Made by a program: the position numbers and the translations under genes. Shown one piece after another: positions 19,101-34,100 of a stretch of 64,000 nt of DNA. This stretch comes from Camelus dromedarius (lineage: Eukaryota): positions 38,318,001-38,382,000 of the forward strand of contig NC_087447.1 in assembly GCF_036321535.1 (NCBI RefSeq), given 5' to 3'. The notes beneath the pieces are model-generated. The model was not told the DNA's origin and did not search any database. It worked only from the letters and a program-made list of their open reading frames with translations. How positions within the stretch are numbered: the first letter of the stretch is position 1; every line of letters starts with the position of its first letter.

Positions 19101-22100
19101 TTGATAGCATGTTGAATAAATCAACTTTTCCTATATTAAACGAGAAAACATAATTTGATAACTTAATAGATGATGAAGATGTAAGCTGATTCATACTGAC
19201 AATTTTTTTAATTGATTTAAAGTTTCAAAAAGCAAATTAATTGATAGTGTTATAAAGTTTGATAAAGGCTAATTTTGGTAGTGTCCAGACAGTTACTAAA
19301 ACAACAAAGTCGATTTTTATTAAAATATGGATATTACCTGTTTTATTTCAAGAAATTTTGAACATCTTATACCTGATGCTCCTGAACTGATACACGATTT
19401 TTTGGTGAATGAAAAGGATGCAAGTTGCAAAAGGAATGCATTTATGATGCTAATCCATGCAGATCAGGTGAAGTATTTTTTAAAAAATACTTTTATGACT
19501 GTATTTAAATGAGAATTAAAAGTATGACAGAAGCCTAATCAAGTTTTTAGCAATTTTGTTTATAGCACATGTGATTAGTATATTTTGATTTTTTTACGTT
19601 TTTGAACTTAATTTGTATAAAAATATCATTTAAAAAAATTCTTTCTGTGGAATATTGCTTGTGTGTGTGTATGTGTATATATATATATATTCTTTTTTTT
19701 TTTAAGTAAAACATCAGAGAGGCATTTCATAACAGCCCCTTTACAGTTCTTCCAGATTGAAGTGATTGCAGCCATATTCTGTGGCACTCTGCTTTGAGGC
19801 TTTATTTTTCCTTCTCTTGGTATAGATAGAAAATTATTTAATAGAGAAAAATAGTAGCTTTTTATAGGGTCTGTTCTGAGCCATGGCTTTGAAAGAAGGG
19901 TGGCCTTCAATGTAGACATACATTTTTATTAGGCTCTTCAAATTTCATAAGCTAATGCCAGCTCTACATTCAACCCTGCTGGTGATTAAAGTTTATGGAT
20001 CTGCTGGTGGTTAGCAGTGACTTTGCACACCTTGGTGGTATCTAATCTTGAAATTTTTGCCGTCCAGTATTTATTATCAAAATATGGGAAATAATATACA
20101 TGAAGACTGAAAAATACAGAATTTATCCATTCCTCTGAAATCTAGATGCTGTCATTTTATCATTGTAAATAAGGTTATAAGAAAGCTGCTTATCTGAGCC
20201 ACAATGTTTTGTCCTCTTGTAGAACTGGTTTTATTGACCTATGATTTTGGTATTATGCTTTTTACCTGCATGAAGGGACATAATCAGAAATAGTTCAAAA
20301 AAATTTGTTGACACTTTCACTGTAGAGATGTTGTTGAGGCTATAGTTCTCTGTATCACAGAGTTCAATGTATGAAATTCAATGAGATTTTTCTTCTGAGT
20401 CTCAGAAATAGTAACTAGTCATAAGCAGTTGGTTTGTTTTGATTGTATGGATTCCCTGAATCATGTAATACATAATGTTTTTCTCCTTGGCTTAGCTGCT
20501 AAAAAATTCAGACCTTAGATTTGTGGCCCATTTCTAGAAAATATATTTGACTTTGTGTCTTACATTTATGTATTAACCTTCATTTTTTTCCTTCAATTAA
20601 TTTTTCTTTGCTCTGATTTCCTCATTTGTTTTATACTTAGTTGTGTATGTTTTCTAAAGTCACATTTAGTCCTTTTATTGAATGAAGTAGAATTTGATAA
20701 ATATATTCTTATTTTTTCAGGATCGGGCTTTGGATTACCTAAGTACTTGTATTGATCAAGTTCAAACATTTGGAGACATTCTTCAGTTGGTTATTGTTGA
20801 ACTAATTTATAAGGTAAGACTAATCTACAATGGGTAAAATTAAAAGTTTGAGGCAAGGTTAGATAGTCTCTAGGATACTGCTTAATTGCTAGGATAATAT
20901 GGAGTTTTTTTCTTTTTAAAATAAGTTTTTAATTAAAAAAATTAATCCATTGCTGTCTACTGGGAGAGTGTCTAGGTAAAATGTATTCATGAACGTCAAG
21001 GAAAGAACATACAACCATTAGTGTAACCACAGCATTTTGCAAGAACACATCAAGCAGATTTGAATATTTATTAGGGTATTAGGGGAATTATAGTGGGTAC
21101 AGAGGTAAAGGGAATAAACAAATAACTAAATAAACAAGAAAGGGGCCTTGCACAGATCATATGCAATAATGTGCCATGAATTGAGGACAGGATTAACAAA
21201 CCTTCCCTATTCGAGATCTCCTTGCCCCCAACAAGGCAGTAATTCATCCATATGGTATGGGGAGCATATTCAAGATGGCTGTTTGTGTTCTATCTTAGGA
21301 ACCTATTTATTTTTATATACTAACATTGTGACTAGTAACTTTATTGACTTATTTTATTTTTTCTAATAGTGTTCAATATCACTTGCTAGGCTAGGGATTT
21401 CTAGGAATGCATCCTGATCATCTGCAAATAATGATAATAATCTTGTTGATTCCTTTCTCGTATGTGTTCCTCATATTTCTTTCTCTTCTCTAATTGAAAT
21501 GGCTGGTACATCTGGAACAGTGTTAAATGATCAGTGATCATGCTTCCCTTTTTTCCTGACTTTTTAAAAAAATTTCTTTAGCTTTTTTTTAATTCAGTGA
21601 AAGATTCTTTAAATTTTATAGTGCTTTACAATTTTCAAAAATTTCATACACATGATTTCATATAATCCCACAATAATCCTTCTTTGTCCCTACCCTTGTA
21701 TTACCCATCTCCCCTTCCCTCTCCCCACTGGTGGCCACTAGTTTGTTCTCTATATTTGTGAGTATGCTTCTTTTTTGTTTTATTCACTAGTTTGTTGTAT
21801 TTTTTAGATTCCACGTATAAGTAATATCATACAGTATTTGTCTTTCTCTTTCTGACTTATTTCACTTAGCATAATGCCCTCTGAGTTCATCCATGTTGCT
21901 GCAAATGGCAAAATGTTATTCTTTTTTATAGCTGAGTAGTATTGCATTGTGTATATATACCACATCTTCTTTATCCAGTCATCTGTTGATGGACATTTGG
22001 ATTGCTTTCATATCTTGGCAGTTATAAATAATGCTGCTTTGAACATTGACGCTCATGTATCTTTTTGAATTAGTGTTTTTGGTTGTTTTTTTTTTTTTTT

Positions 22101-25100
22101 AATGTATACAAGGAGTAGAATTGCTGGATTATATGGTAGTTCTATTTTTAGTTTTTTGAGAAACTTCCAACCTGTTTTCTACAGTGGCTACACTGTACCC
22201 ATCCCCACCAACAGTGTACAAAGGTTCCCTTTTCACCACATCCTCCCCAACATTTGTTACTTGTTTTCTTTTTGATGATAGCCATTGTGACTGGTGTCAT
22301 TGTGGTTTTGATTTCCATTTCACTAATGATTAGCAATGTTGAGCATCTTTTCATGTGCTTGTTTCCTCTTTGGAAAAATGTCTGTTCAGTTCTTCTGCCT
22401 GTCTTTTAATCAGATTGTTTGGTTTTTTGATGTTGAGTTGTATGAGCTGTTTATATGTGTTAGCTATTAACCCCTTATTGGTTATATCATTTGCAAATAT
22501 CTTCTCCCATTAAGTAGGTTGTCTTTTTATTTTGTTGATCATTTCCTTTGCTGTGCAAAAGTTTTTAAATTGAATTAGGTACCATTTGTTTATTTTTGTT
22601 TTTGTTTCCTTTGTTTTAGGAGACAGATCTAAAAAAATATTACTGTGATTTATGTCAGAGAGTGTTTTGCGTATGTTTTCCTCTAGGAGTTTTAGGGTTA
22701 CTGGTCTTAAACTTAGGTCCTTAATCCATTTTGAGTTCATTTTTGTATATGGTGTTAAAGAATGTTCTAATTTCATTCTTTTACATACTACTGTCCAGTT
22801 TTCCCAGCACCACTTATTGAAGGCACTGTCTTTTCTCCATTGTGTATTCTTGCCTCCTTTGTTATAGATTAATTGACCATAAGTATGTAGGCTTAATTCT
22901 GGGCTCTCTATTCTGTTTCATTGATCTCTGTGTCTGTTTTTGTACCAGGACCGTACTGTTTTGATTACTGTAGCTTTGTAGTACAGTCTAGGATAATATG
23001 TTTTAGTACTAGGTATATTTTATAGCATGGCCTATTAAAGTCTTTTTCTCCTTCTTTGGTTTATCATTTTTTCAAGAACTTGCTTCTATTCTTTCTAAAA
23101 CGCCATAAAGAATTCTATAAAAACTCATGCAAACTTGATGTAATACAGCTGCAAAGAAATTGTGTACTGTTCAGTCACTGAATAGATTATGAATTACTTT
23201 TTAGAATAAAAGCTAAGATTTTTTTCTTGAATACGTATCAGACTGCTTTGGAAGTCTGAAACAAACCAAAAAAGCCTTAAGTTTATTTTTTTGTTTCCTG
23301 CTTGTAAAAGAGAATAGGAAGACTTTATGTTAATATGACATTGTAGGCCATTGACTCACAGGAATTCTAAAACTGAATAAGAGATTTGGGTTTTAAAATG
23401 AAGTACTTCATTGGCAACATTTTAATTTGATATATTTTTTTGAAAGAATTGACTGCATATTAATGTTCTGGGAAAATAAAAGATGTAATTAATAACATCC
23501 AGTTTTGCTGTTGATACCATTGGAGGCCAACAAAAATATATGTCAGGGATGACTTTATTAAATAGGATGGTATGGGCAGAATACCTATAGAAGACACTGC
23601 TAACTCATTACAGCCATCTTTGCTTCTGCAGGAAAAAGGCCCTTTCAACACAGGGTACCAGTCATTTGGAACTGGCATTTAAGATAATACCAGAACCTAA
23701 AAGATACATAAGTATAATTCATATATATGGTTTAGGTATACCACTGAGATTCTCAGAAATAGAGATTCTCTGCTATCCAGTGACTTCTTTGTCTGGTAGG
23801 GTCCAGTTATAGTAAGAAGGAATAGGTTTTGAGTTATGCTGGAGTAATAGAGATTTGACTATATATATTTTAGGAAAATGTAATATAAATACTAACTTCA
23901 AAAGAGAAAAAATAAGGACTGTTTGCTTCATAGGTAAAAGTATTAAGATGCATTTAGAACAGGATAAAAAAATTTGGTTGTCTTCTCAAATTGAATATGG
24001 TCCCAAATAATAAATAGTAGTACTTGTAAAAGAGGTCATCTTTCTAGCTTTGAGAACAGGTATTTTTCTTTTATCATTTATTGAGATTTGTATGATCCAT
24101 CATGTTTCTCTTTTTGACATGACATCCAGAATAAAAATGTAGGACCAAATTTAACATCCTATCACAATATCTGTGTTAGTATACTTGGTTAATGTGTTGT
24201 CCTTGCTTTTGTTATTGTACGTTTTCTTTTTCTATTTTACTTGTGTATAGTATGCATATCTTTAATTATAAGCCATCTGAAATTTTTTTGTACAAGTCAT
24301 TACTGAATGAATAAGTGAATGAGTAACTAATAGTTATCTGAAGTAAAACCTCTTTTTTTCTGAAATTACCAGTGTTGTGTCATGTCTTATTCTATGTTGG
24401 TCGGCATCTGCAGATGTCCTTATCAGACTATTCTTAGCTTTTAAATTAAGAAAACTAGCATCCCATAAGCTGACACCTGTTTTAAAAAATCTATTTAAAA
24501 GCAGATGTCCCTGAAGTCAGTTGAAACCTAAATGTTTTCTTCCCCAGGTCTGTCATGCTAATCCATCGGAAAGGGCTCGTTTCATCCGCTGCATCTATAA
24601 TTTACTACAGTCGTCTAGCCCTGCTGTAAAATATGAAGCCGCTGGAACACTAGTGACACTCTCTAGTGCACCTACTGCAATCAAGGTACTGCTTGTTTCT
24701 TTTGATATCAGTTAGATGATAGATATACTGTCTTATCACTTAGGATTTAGTGACATTGCAATTTACTGTTGGTTATGTGGCATTACATGGTATAGAAATA
24801 ACAACTACAAATTTTAGAAAATTACTTGATTCCTTACATAGTCTGACTTTCCTTCTTGCCTTCCTTCCTACTTTCATACTTATATATATAGAGAGTAAGA
24901 GAGACAGAGAGAGAATAGCAATATTTTTAATTTCTGGAGAATGATACTGGTATTTTGAAGAACTCTCCCCATACTTTAATTACATTAAAAACTGGATATG
25001 GGGAAATGGATGCTAGATCCTAAATGATGGATCCTAAAAAGGTTCCAATGAATATTTCCAGCAGTGGAATATTTCTCTTTTTTGATTTACTCTGTCAAGA

Positions 25101-28100
25101 CTATGTAAGGAACCCCTCCTGTATTCAGAGAATGAATTGTTCTAGAAATCCAGATTGTATAAATAGGAGTGTATACTGCTTTAGCCACCAATACTTTAAA
25201 AATTATTTTTTAACTTTTTATTTTGAAATAATTTTAGACTTATAGAAAAATTACAAAAATAGGACCAAGTTCCCATTACCCTTCACTCAGCTTCCCATAA
25301 TGTTCGTGTCTTGCATGACACTTGTATGGTTGTCAAAACAAGAAATTATCTTTGGAACAATGTTATTTGAATAGACTTTATTTGGATTTCACCAGTTTCC
25401 CCACCAATACTCATTTTCTGTCCCAGGATATAACGTAGGATGCCATGTAACACTTAGTTGTCGTATGTTAGTATCCTCCAGCCTGTGAGAGTTCCTCAGC
25501 CTTTCCTTGTTTTTCATGACATTGACATGTTTGAAGAGTACTGGGTCAGTTTATAAAATACCACCCAATTTTTATTTGTCTGGTGTTATCTCCTAATTAT
25601 ATTAAGGTTTGCGTTTTGGGGGAAAATACCACAGAAGTGATGCACCCATCTAAGTGTATCATATCAAGGAGTACATGATGTTGATATATCTTGTTATTGG
25701 TGATGTTAACCTTGCTCATTTGATTAAGGTGGTGTCTGCCAGATTTCACCAGTGTTGAGTTAGCATCACTCAGTGGCTCTCCCCTACAGCAGTTATTACT
25801 GTGGTATTCTAACAGTGATTTTCTGTTTCTGTCAGTCTACATTTATTATTTGGAGCTTTTCCACAAGGAAGAGCTGTCCCTTCTTCCCCCCGTCTTCCCT
25901 CCCTACATCTCTCCTTTTCCCTCTTTCCTTCCTTTCCTTCTTTCTTTATGTCAGTATGGATATTTTATTCTATGGGTTATAATCCAATATTTTTATTCAT
26001 TTTGTTGATCAAATTGTTTCAGCTTTGTTCATTGGGAGCTCTTTTCAGGTTTGTTCCTTTGTCCTCTGCTTTTAATGACTCAAGGTCATCTTTATATTCT
26101 TGATTTTTCTGTGCTGTAATGTGGGTGTGTTACAGTTTGCACCTAAACTAAAAGATGCTCAATAGCTGTAACTGTTTGGGATTCCCTCTCTGCTTATTTC
26201 TGCCTTGTTCCTTAGGTTCAACCCTTAATTTATGGCTGTTAATAAGTATTTCTGCCTGTAACAGCTCTTTTCACCCTTTTAATTTGTAATACTTAAAATT
26301 TTTTGTAACCTTGAAAAAATAATGTAATTTGTTAGAACTTAAGAAATAAAAACATCGCCCTGAGAAAAATTCATAAACTTTTAGTGTAGGAGTAGTGAGT
26401 CTATTTTGGGTGCTTGGGGGCTTTTTTTTCTTATTTTCAGATTCTATATTTAAGATAGGTGAATGTGTTCTTAAAACGTATTTCTTTTGTTATATAGGCT
26501 GCCGCTCAGTGTTACATTGATTTAATTATTAAGGAGAGTGACAACAATGTAAAGCTCATAGTTCTGGATCGATTGATAGAATTAAAGGAACATCCTGCTC
26601 ATGAGCGAGTACTACAGGTAAATGTTACCTGAAAGAAAGAAATCCTAAATAAAATCTTTTCCAAGTTGAGATGATTCCAAAGCCTTATCATCTTGGTTAG
26701 CGTAAGTGCTCGGGAGACTGGGCAGTTTAAATTTTGGTCAACTAAGGGATAACTCTTGAAGCACTATAGCCTTTTCAGGTATTGTCTTTGTTATAAAAAA
26801 TATTTATAACAGGAATTAATATGTTATCTTTTATCTTCTTTATTTGTATTGTGTTTGGTATTCTTAGCAATAGAGATATATTTGTTTTAATTTAAATATA
26901 GTTTACATTTCTTGAAAAATAATTATACCAACTGAGAATAAAAGATGATTAGATTCTAGAAAATTATCAGCATACCTATTTAATCTGTGAGAATAATGAT
27001 TGTTGTAAATAAAGCCCCATGATAGCTAAATTCAGTGCTGATCCTGGATCAGAATTACAACAAAAATTTTGCTAAAAGGACATTATTGGGACAATTGGAG
27101 AAATGTGAATATAGACTCTGTATTAGTAGTATTGTTATCAGTGTTAAGTTCTCTGAATTTGATAGTTTTACTGTGGTTATATAAGAAATGTTTCTTATTA
27201 CTGGGAGATATACACTAAAACATTTAGGAGTAGAGAGTGTACGATAAAGCAAACGTGGTAAAATATTAACAACTGGTGAGTATAAGTGAAGTTTACACAG
27301 GAGTTCATTCTTAAAATCTTTAGAACATTTTTATCAGAGAAATCTTTAAAAAATAGAAAATCTTAAAGAAGTAAAATAATTTGTTTTGCCATATTTAAAA
27401 ATACTTGCCATAGATTTTCTTTAAGTATGCATCTTTAAAATATTAGTTTCCTGCAGAGCCAAAATAATATTATCATACTTAACAAGTCTGTTAATAATTT
27501 CTTACTATTATCCAATTTTCCTAAATGTCTCCAAAATGCCCTTTTTGTTTGGTTTGTCCAATTCATGACTTTACAGCATTTCTGGTTATAATGTATGTGA
27601 TTGTGATGTATGGTTCGTTAAACCTCTTAATTTGAGCAGTGTATTTTTTTCATGGCTCTGACTTGTTTAAGAGACCAAACCAATTATTTGATCTCCTTCT
27701 GAATGTGTCTGGTTCCTTTTTTGTGGTGTCATTTAGCTTGTTCCTCTGACTTTTGTATTTCCTACAAACTATAAGTTTAAAGCTAAAGCTTGATAGTGTC
27801 AAAGTAAACATTTTTAGTTTGAATGCATCATAAGTGATATAGACTTCATATTTTATTACACCAAGGAGACCCAAATTATCTGGTTCTTCCACCAATAGTG
27901 ATTTTATTATTGATCAAAGAATTAAGGTTGTGATCGACAGAACCGTCCATTCCACAGTTAAGATTTTCTTCTTGTGACAAGAAATACTAATGTAATTTTT
28001 TCTTTTTTCCAGGATCTGGTTATGGACATCCTAAGAGTATTGAGCACACCAGACTTAGAAGTACGCAAGAAAACTCTGCAGTTAGCACTGGATCTTGTCT

Positions 28101-31100
28101 CTTCTAGGAATGTTGAAGAGGTAAAACAAAACTCTGAGAGCAATTTGTAAGCTGTCAAGCCAACCATGATGTAATTCTCACTTACTTTTAATTTGTTCTA
28201 TAGCTGGTTATTGTCCTGAAGAAGGAAGTGATTAAAACAAATAATGTGTCAGAGCATGAAGATACTGACAAATATAGACAACTCCTTGTGCGAACACTGC
28301 ATTCCTGTTCTGTTCGATTTCCAGATATGGCTGCAAATGTTATTCCTGTGGTATGTAATTTTGATGATCTTAATTCTGAAATCCACCCTTACACCCCCCA
28401 CAAAATTCTGGTTATTCAGCAGTTAAACTCTGAAAAATCTCAACTGTCTGGAGTCAGTGAGTCCTTAAGCCCAGAAGGATAAGGGCTCTGACTTCTTTCT
28501 CTTACATCTTTACCAAAAAAATAAACAAACAAAAACAGAGGCAAAAATGCCTCTGTATATTATTATAATTAACATTTATTACAAATACCTAAAGTAAAAT
28601 TACCTTTACCTTTACTCTGTATATAGGTCATTCAGTATGGCAAATAAGTATTTCTTTAAAATAGTTTTACTTCTTAAACGTTGAAGGATTTAGTTATAGG
28701 AAAAAATTAACCTACTTAGAATATTTTGCTTTCTGTCATTGTTAGATAAATGAGGTATGTTGTGGTAATTTGAAATTTTACCTTTAAGCTCTGAATGTTC
28801 TCAAAAAAGATCTTACTTTTAGTTGCAACTTAGGTGTATACAGTTAATTTATTTTGAATTGTGGATTTCCAGCCTCTGTTTTATCATGCGTTTTGTAATA
28901 AACTTCACTGCACATAAACTGAAAAGCCATCATGACTTTGTTTACATAATGGTACTTGTCTCTCAGCTTACATTTTGTTATATATTTGAAAAGTATTGAT
29001 TACATTCTTTGTAAACTTGTTTAATGTACTTATTAAACCTTAGATAATTTCCTTTTTGAAAATATGTAATTGTTATCTTTTTTTCTTTTAGTTAATGGAA
29101 TTTCTCAGTGACAGTAATGAAGCAGCAGCTGCTGATGTCTTGGAGTTTGTTCGCGAAGCCATTCAGCGCTTTGATAACCTGAGAATGCTTATTGTTGAGA
29201 AGATGCTTGAAGTCTTTCATGCTATCAAATCTGTAAAGTACGTTTAAAATCTGTTTAAATGTAAAGTCAAGTAAGCATTTTACCAATTTCTGTCTTTAAG
29301 GGTCAGTTGATAGAAAACGTAAAGAAGGAGAGATGACTCAAGACAGTCAAGCCAAAATAAGACAAACGAAACATGTCGGTAAACATCATGTCACCTCCAC
29401 TCTCACCCTCAGTTAACCCATAATCTTGGGCAAAAAAAAAAAAATTTTGGTAGGTGTGATTTAGCTAGGCTTATTTCCTCTAAAACACTATGAATCCTAA
29501 AGTGAATAAGGGAGATATTTTTAAAAGGTACAGCTTTTGGGATGTCTTTATTATTTACTGAGGTGCAGGATTGAAAGTGCAACGTAAATCTGAGTTACGT
29601 GTTTCCTTCCAGATAGTCTTTGTTAGTGATAAAGGACTGTTGCATCCAAGTTTTGCTTCATTTAAATCATCTGATAGACTCATAATAGACTTGTATTATG
29701 TCTGCCTATATAGAAAAGAAGGGACTACAAAATTGGTTTTATGACATGAAAATTACTGATATTTATGAAAGTGAGAAAGATTTGCTTCCTTTTTGGAAGA
29801 AAAAAATCAAAGTTTAGCTTTTGGCAGCTGTAATCTCTTAAAGCTTCAGTTTCTAGAATTTTTTTTGAATAAATTTAATGAAAATATCAGAGAAAAGATC
29901 ACTGAAGACTTTATTAAGTTTAACATTTTAAAATAGAGAATTGTAGCTTGCTTTATGTTTTTGGTTTTTTTGTTACTGATCCTTTGCACTCCTTCCTTGT
30001 TTATTGTTCTGTTGAGCATCTTGCCTCTTTTCAGTGAATTACTTTTTATAGTAAAATAATACCTTTTTCATAGTGGTAAGTGATAAAAATCAAATTTACC
30101 TTAAACTTTGACCTAAATGGAAGGTAACACCTTTCTGGGAAGCATTTTGTTGTTTTATTTTTACCACTTGGTTTACCAGTTGTAGAATGTTCCTAAAACT
30201 GATGGATAAGAATACTTATTTTTCTTTAAATCCTTGTGATTTCTGGAGAGAATCAAAGAAACTTAGTCTCTGTTATATTCTTTCTTAGTATTTCATCCAT
30301 AGTCCCTTAGAACTGCAGAATCTTGTTTTCTTACATAAGCTTAAATTCACATAGAAAGATCTCTGCCTCAAAATTTATTGGCAGAATGTATTTCAGAACT
30401 TGTATTCTTGAAAAGGAATATGAAAACAAGTATACTGTATATGTATGACTCCATACATCAGAAACTGACATAATATTGTAAAAACTGACTATATCTCAAT
30501 AAAAAAGAATGCAAAAAAAGAAAAACAAAAACAGCTTGTATTCTTGCCTTAGGATTTACCGAGGCGCGTTATGGATCCTGGGAGAATACTGTAGTACCAA
30601 GGAAGACATTCAAAGTGTGATGACTGAGGTTCGCAGGTCCCTTGGGGAGGTATGTTATTCTTTAGTAAATGCTATTTTATACGGTGATTTTTACTTTAGT
30701 AAATCTGACTTTTATGTGATGATTTGCTTTTGTGTTTTTATTTAGTTGTGCTTGGGCTAAAGAACACAAAAAATTTTAATTACCCAGATAATTAAGCCTG
30801 TGGGCAATGGAAAATTAGGGGAGTTGCCCTCCCCTACATTGAGCAATAACACCTGTTCTTTTTTCTGTATTATTTACCTTTCTGGGTAAGATTTTGTTTG
30901 AACAAAAGATTCTGTGTTTTATAAAAAAGAAAAAGACTTATAAAACTCTGCTTTATCCTTTGTGTTAGGAAAAAAGAATGCATATATTATAAGAACAGGG
31001 CTAACTTAGAATATGTATTTATGTACTAAAACTGACAGTATTTCCTCATCCAAAAGATCGTTTTTTAGAATAGAAAGAACAGTGTTTGTTAGGAAAACTG

Positions 31101-34100
31101 GGTTCCAGTCTTGCTTCTTCCAGTAATTCACTCTGGAATCTTGGATATAAGTTCCTTAACCTGAATGGACATCAGGTTCTTCATGTATAAAATAAAGGAA
31201 TTGATAGATGATGACTCTTAGTAATGATAGGTGAAGACTCTTAGAGCTCTTAAGTTAGATGGTAGAGTGGTACTGAGGAATAAGTACAAAGTACCCATAT
31301 GGTGTGAAAAAGGAGTAGTTGATGAAGTTATAAGGTACAAACAAGTCAAATTTATTTCATTTTATAGAAGAATGGGTGCTGTTTTGAGTTAGTATTTCAA
31401 GGGAAGGGACAAAGAAGAGGAATAAGCTTTAGTGAATAACTACTTAGTGTTAGTCACTGTCCTAAGCATTTTCCTATTAAGAAACTTGTGTGGGAAGAAT
31501 TAAGATTTCAGTTTAGGAGATTAAGAAACTGAGGGTCAAAGTAACTAAATTAACTTGCCCAGAACCATACAACTAGTAAGTGGCATGCAACTTCAAAACC
31601 TCTGTTATTCTCACTAAATTATCCTGGAAAGGAAAGAAAATTGAAAGCAGAGTCCCAAGTTGCAAAAATCCCATTGGGGGAATGCCTTCTCTATAGAAAT
31701 GATTGAATATTAAAATATGTTTTGCTTGCTATTGATATTATTACTAAATTGATGTTTCTGATGGATTTTTAGATCCCAATTGTAGAGTCAGAAATTAAAA
31801 AAGAAGCTGGTGAATTAAAACCTGAAGAAGAAATAACTGTGGGGCCAGTTCAGAAATTGGTAACTGAGATGGGCACCTATGCAACTCAGAGTGCCCTTAG
31901 CAGTTCTAGGCCCACCAAGAAAGAGGAAGAAAGGTAATTTGCAGCACTTGTGACCTATCAAGCTATGTTTCTTTTATTATTACGCCTGTGTATAAAACAG
32001 TCAAATGATTTCTGATTCGTTTGCTCTTTTGACCAAAATGGAAATCTTTGCCATTTAAGATACTTGAAAAGAGAACAATGTTTAAGTTCTTTCTCCCAGA
32101 AATTGTGTGCATGGTTTTAATCCTCTGCTCCTTATAACTGTTCTCATCGAAATAGCTGTTCTGTTTAAACTAAAAATACTTTACTCACGTGGAAAATGCT
32201 AAGTGAAGGTAACTGGTATTTGAATTTTGTTGCCTGTTAGCGTTTGGAAAACATATTTTGAAGATTTTCCACTTCTAATTGATGAAATAAAATTTTGATG
32301 TTTTCTTCCTTATTTTGCTCTACAATTTTATAGAGAAGATGATGAAAGATTTTAATGGTTAGTTACTATGTGCTAGGCATTGTGCTAAATAGTTTATCTT
32401 ATATAGTTTTTGACAATATGCTGTTGAGATAGAGTATACCATTTTCCCCATTTTATAGAAGAGGAATTTGAGGCTTACAGAGGTTTGCGACTTACCCAAA
32501 GGGGACAGAATAAATAAATAGAAACACTAGATTTGAATGTAGCTCATTGGTTTTCATATGAAACCATTTTTTTCTTTCTCTATTCAGTTAGCTCTTGTAT
32601 TATTTGAAGATAGATTTTAAAGCCATATTTTTTTTAATCCTTTTTCATTCTGCAAGCTAAAGAGGGAACTAATTTTGAGATCCTTATTGCTGAAGGGTGG
32701 CAGTGAGAGTATTAAATAGGCTTACTTGAATCATTTATACAAAAGCTGCATACTGCTTAGGAAATTGGTGGTTTTCATTTTCCTTGGCTTTGCAGACCTC
32801 CCCTGAGAGGATTCCTTCTGGATGGAGATTTCTTTGTTGCTGCCTCCCTTGCCACAACTCTGACCAAGATTGCCTTGCGCTATGTAGCTTTGGTTCAGGA
32901 GAAGAAAAAGCAAAATGTAAGGTCATTTATTCTACATTCACCCAACAAATGAATATTGAGTGCCTGATATATGCGTTGAGCAGCGAGGGACTCAAAAGTG
33001 AATGCTGAAGTTCCTGTAATGAAAAAGCATATGATTTAATGGCGGAAATGGACACAGCAATATAATGTAATATATGTGTATATATAATGTAATGATTGTA
33101 AAATTGACAGAGTAATACAATAACAATACCTTGTAATTAGTTCAATGGAAGAGATACAAGAGTTTATGAAGCAATTTCTGTTTACTGGGTTAAGTCAAGG
33201 CCCAGTGAAGGAAAGGCCTCTCCCACTCCAGCATCTTCATCCTGTCAGTCATTGTCTGTTTTATACCAGAAATGCCTCTTAAATGTATTCCCATTTCTGC
33301 AGTTTATACCTCATCAAAGCTTCTGACCATTCTGACTATATGCTCATTTATAATAATGTACTTTCATTCCACCCTACCCCATTACCATCCTTTGTATGTT
33401 GTCCTACATTATATTTCTACATGTCATGTTATCAACCCTGTGATACATCATTATTATTTTTGCCTTAAATAGTTAATTATCTTATATATATGCACCATTT
33501 TCTCCCCTTTTCTTATTTATCTAGTGTCTGGACTCAGGGAGGGAGGGAACATACTTAGCCAGTTGTAAAAAGTTGAGTTGGAAACAAGGCAGAGTTCAAG
33601 TGCATTCCTACCTTCCTGGGTGCCTTTTTTTTTTTCATATTTTTCTTCGTGGTAAAATATGTGTAACATAAAATTTACCATTTTAACCCTTTTTAGGTGT
33701 ATATTTCAGTGTCATTAAGTACATTCAAATTGTTGTGCAGCCATTACCACTATCCATCTCCAGAACTTCTTCATCATCCTAAACTGAAACTGTACCCAAT
33801 AAACAGTAACTCCCCATACTCCCTTACCCAGCCCCTGGAAACCACCAGTCTTCATTTCTGCCTCTATAAATTTGCCTATTCTATATGCCTTCTCTAAGTG
33901 GAAGCCTATAATATTTGTCCTTTTGTGACTGGCTTATTTCACGTAGCATAATGTCTTCAAGGTTCATTCCTATGTAGCACTGTCAGAATTTTTTTTTTAA
34001 CTATAATATTCTATTTTTGTTTATCCGTTATAGTCACTTTCTTTTAAAGATCTTTAATGAGAAATACAGATATATTTACCCACATATTTACCATTTATGT

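Noticed and set aside
22148..22867. ORFs with L1 ORF2 similarity
   Set aside because: Frameshifted pieces of a 5'-truncated dead L1, not a gene.
23598..23800. Acceptor-like tgctaac...ccatctttgcttctgcag in COPB1 intron 6 (possible poison exon)
   Set aside because: No convincing donor downstream and no expression or conservation evidence available; such pseudo-acceptors are common.
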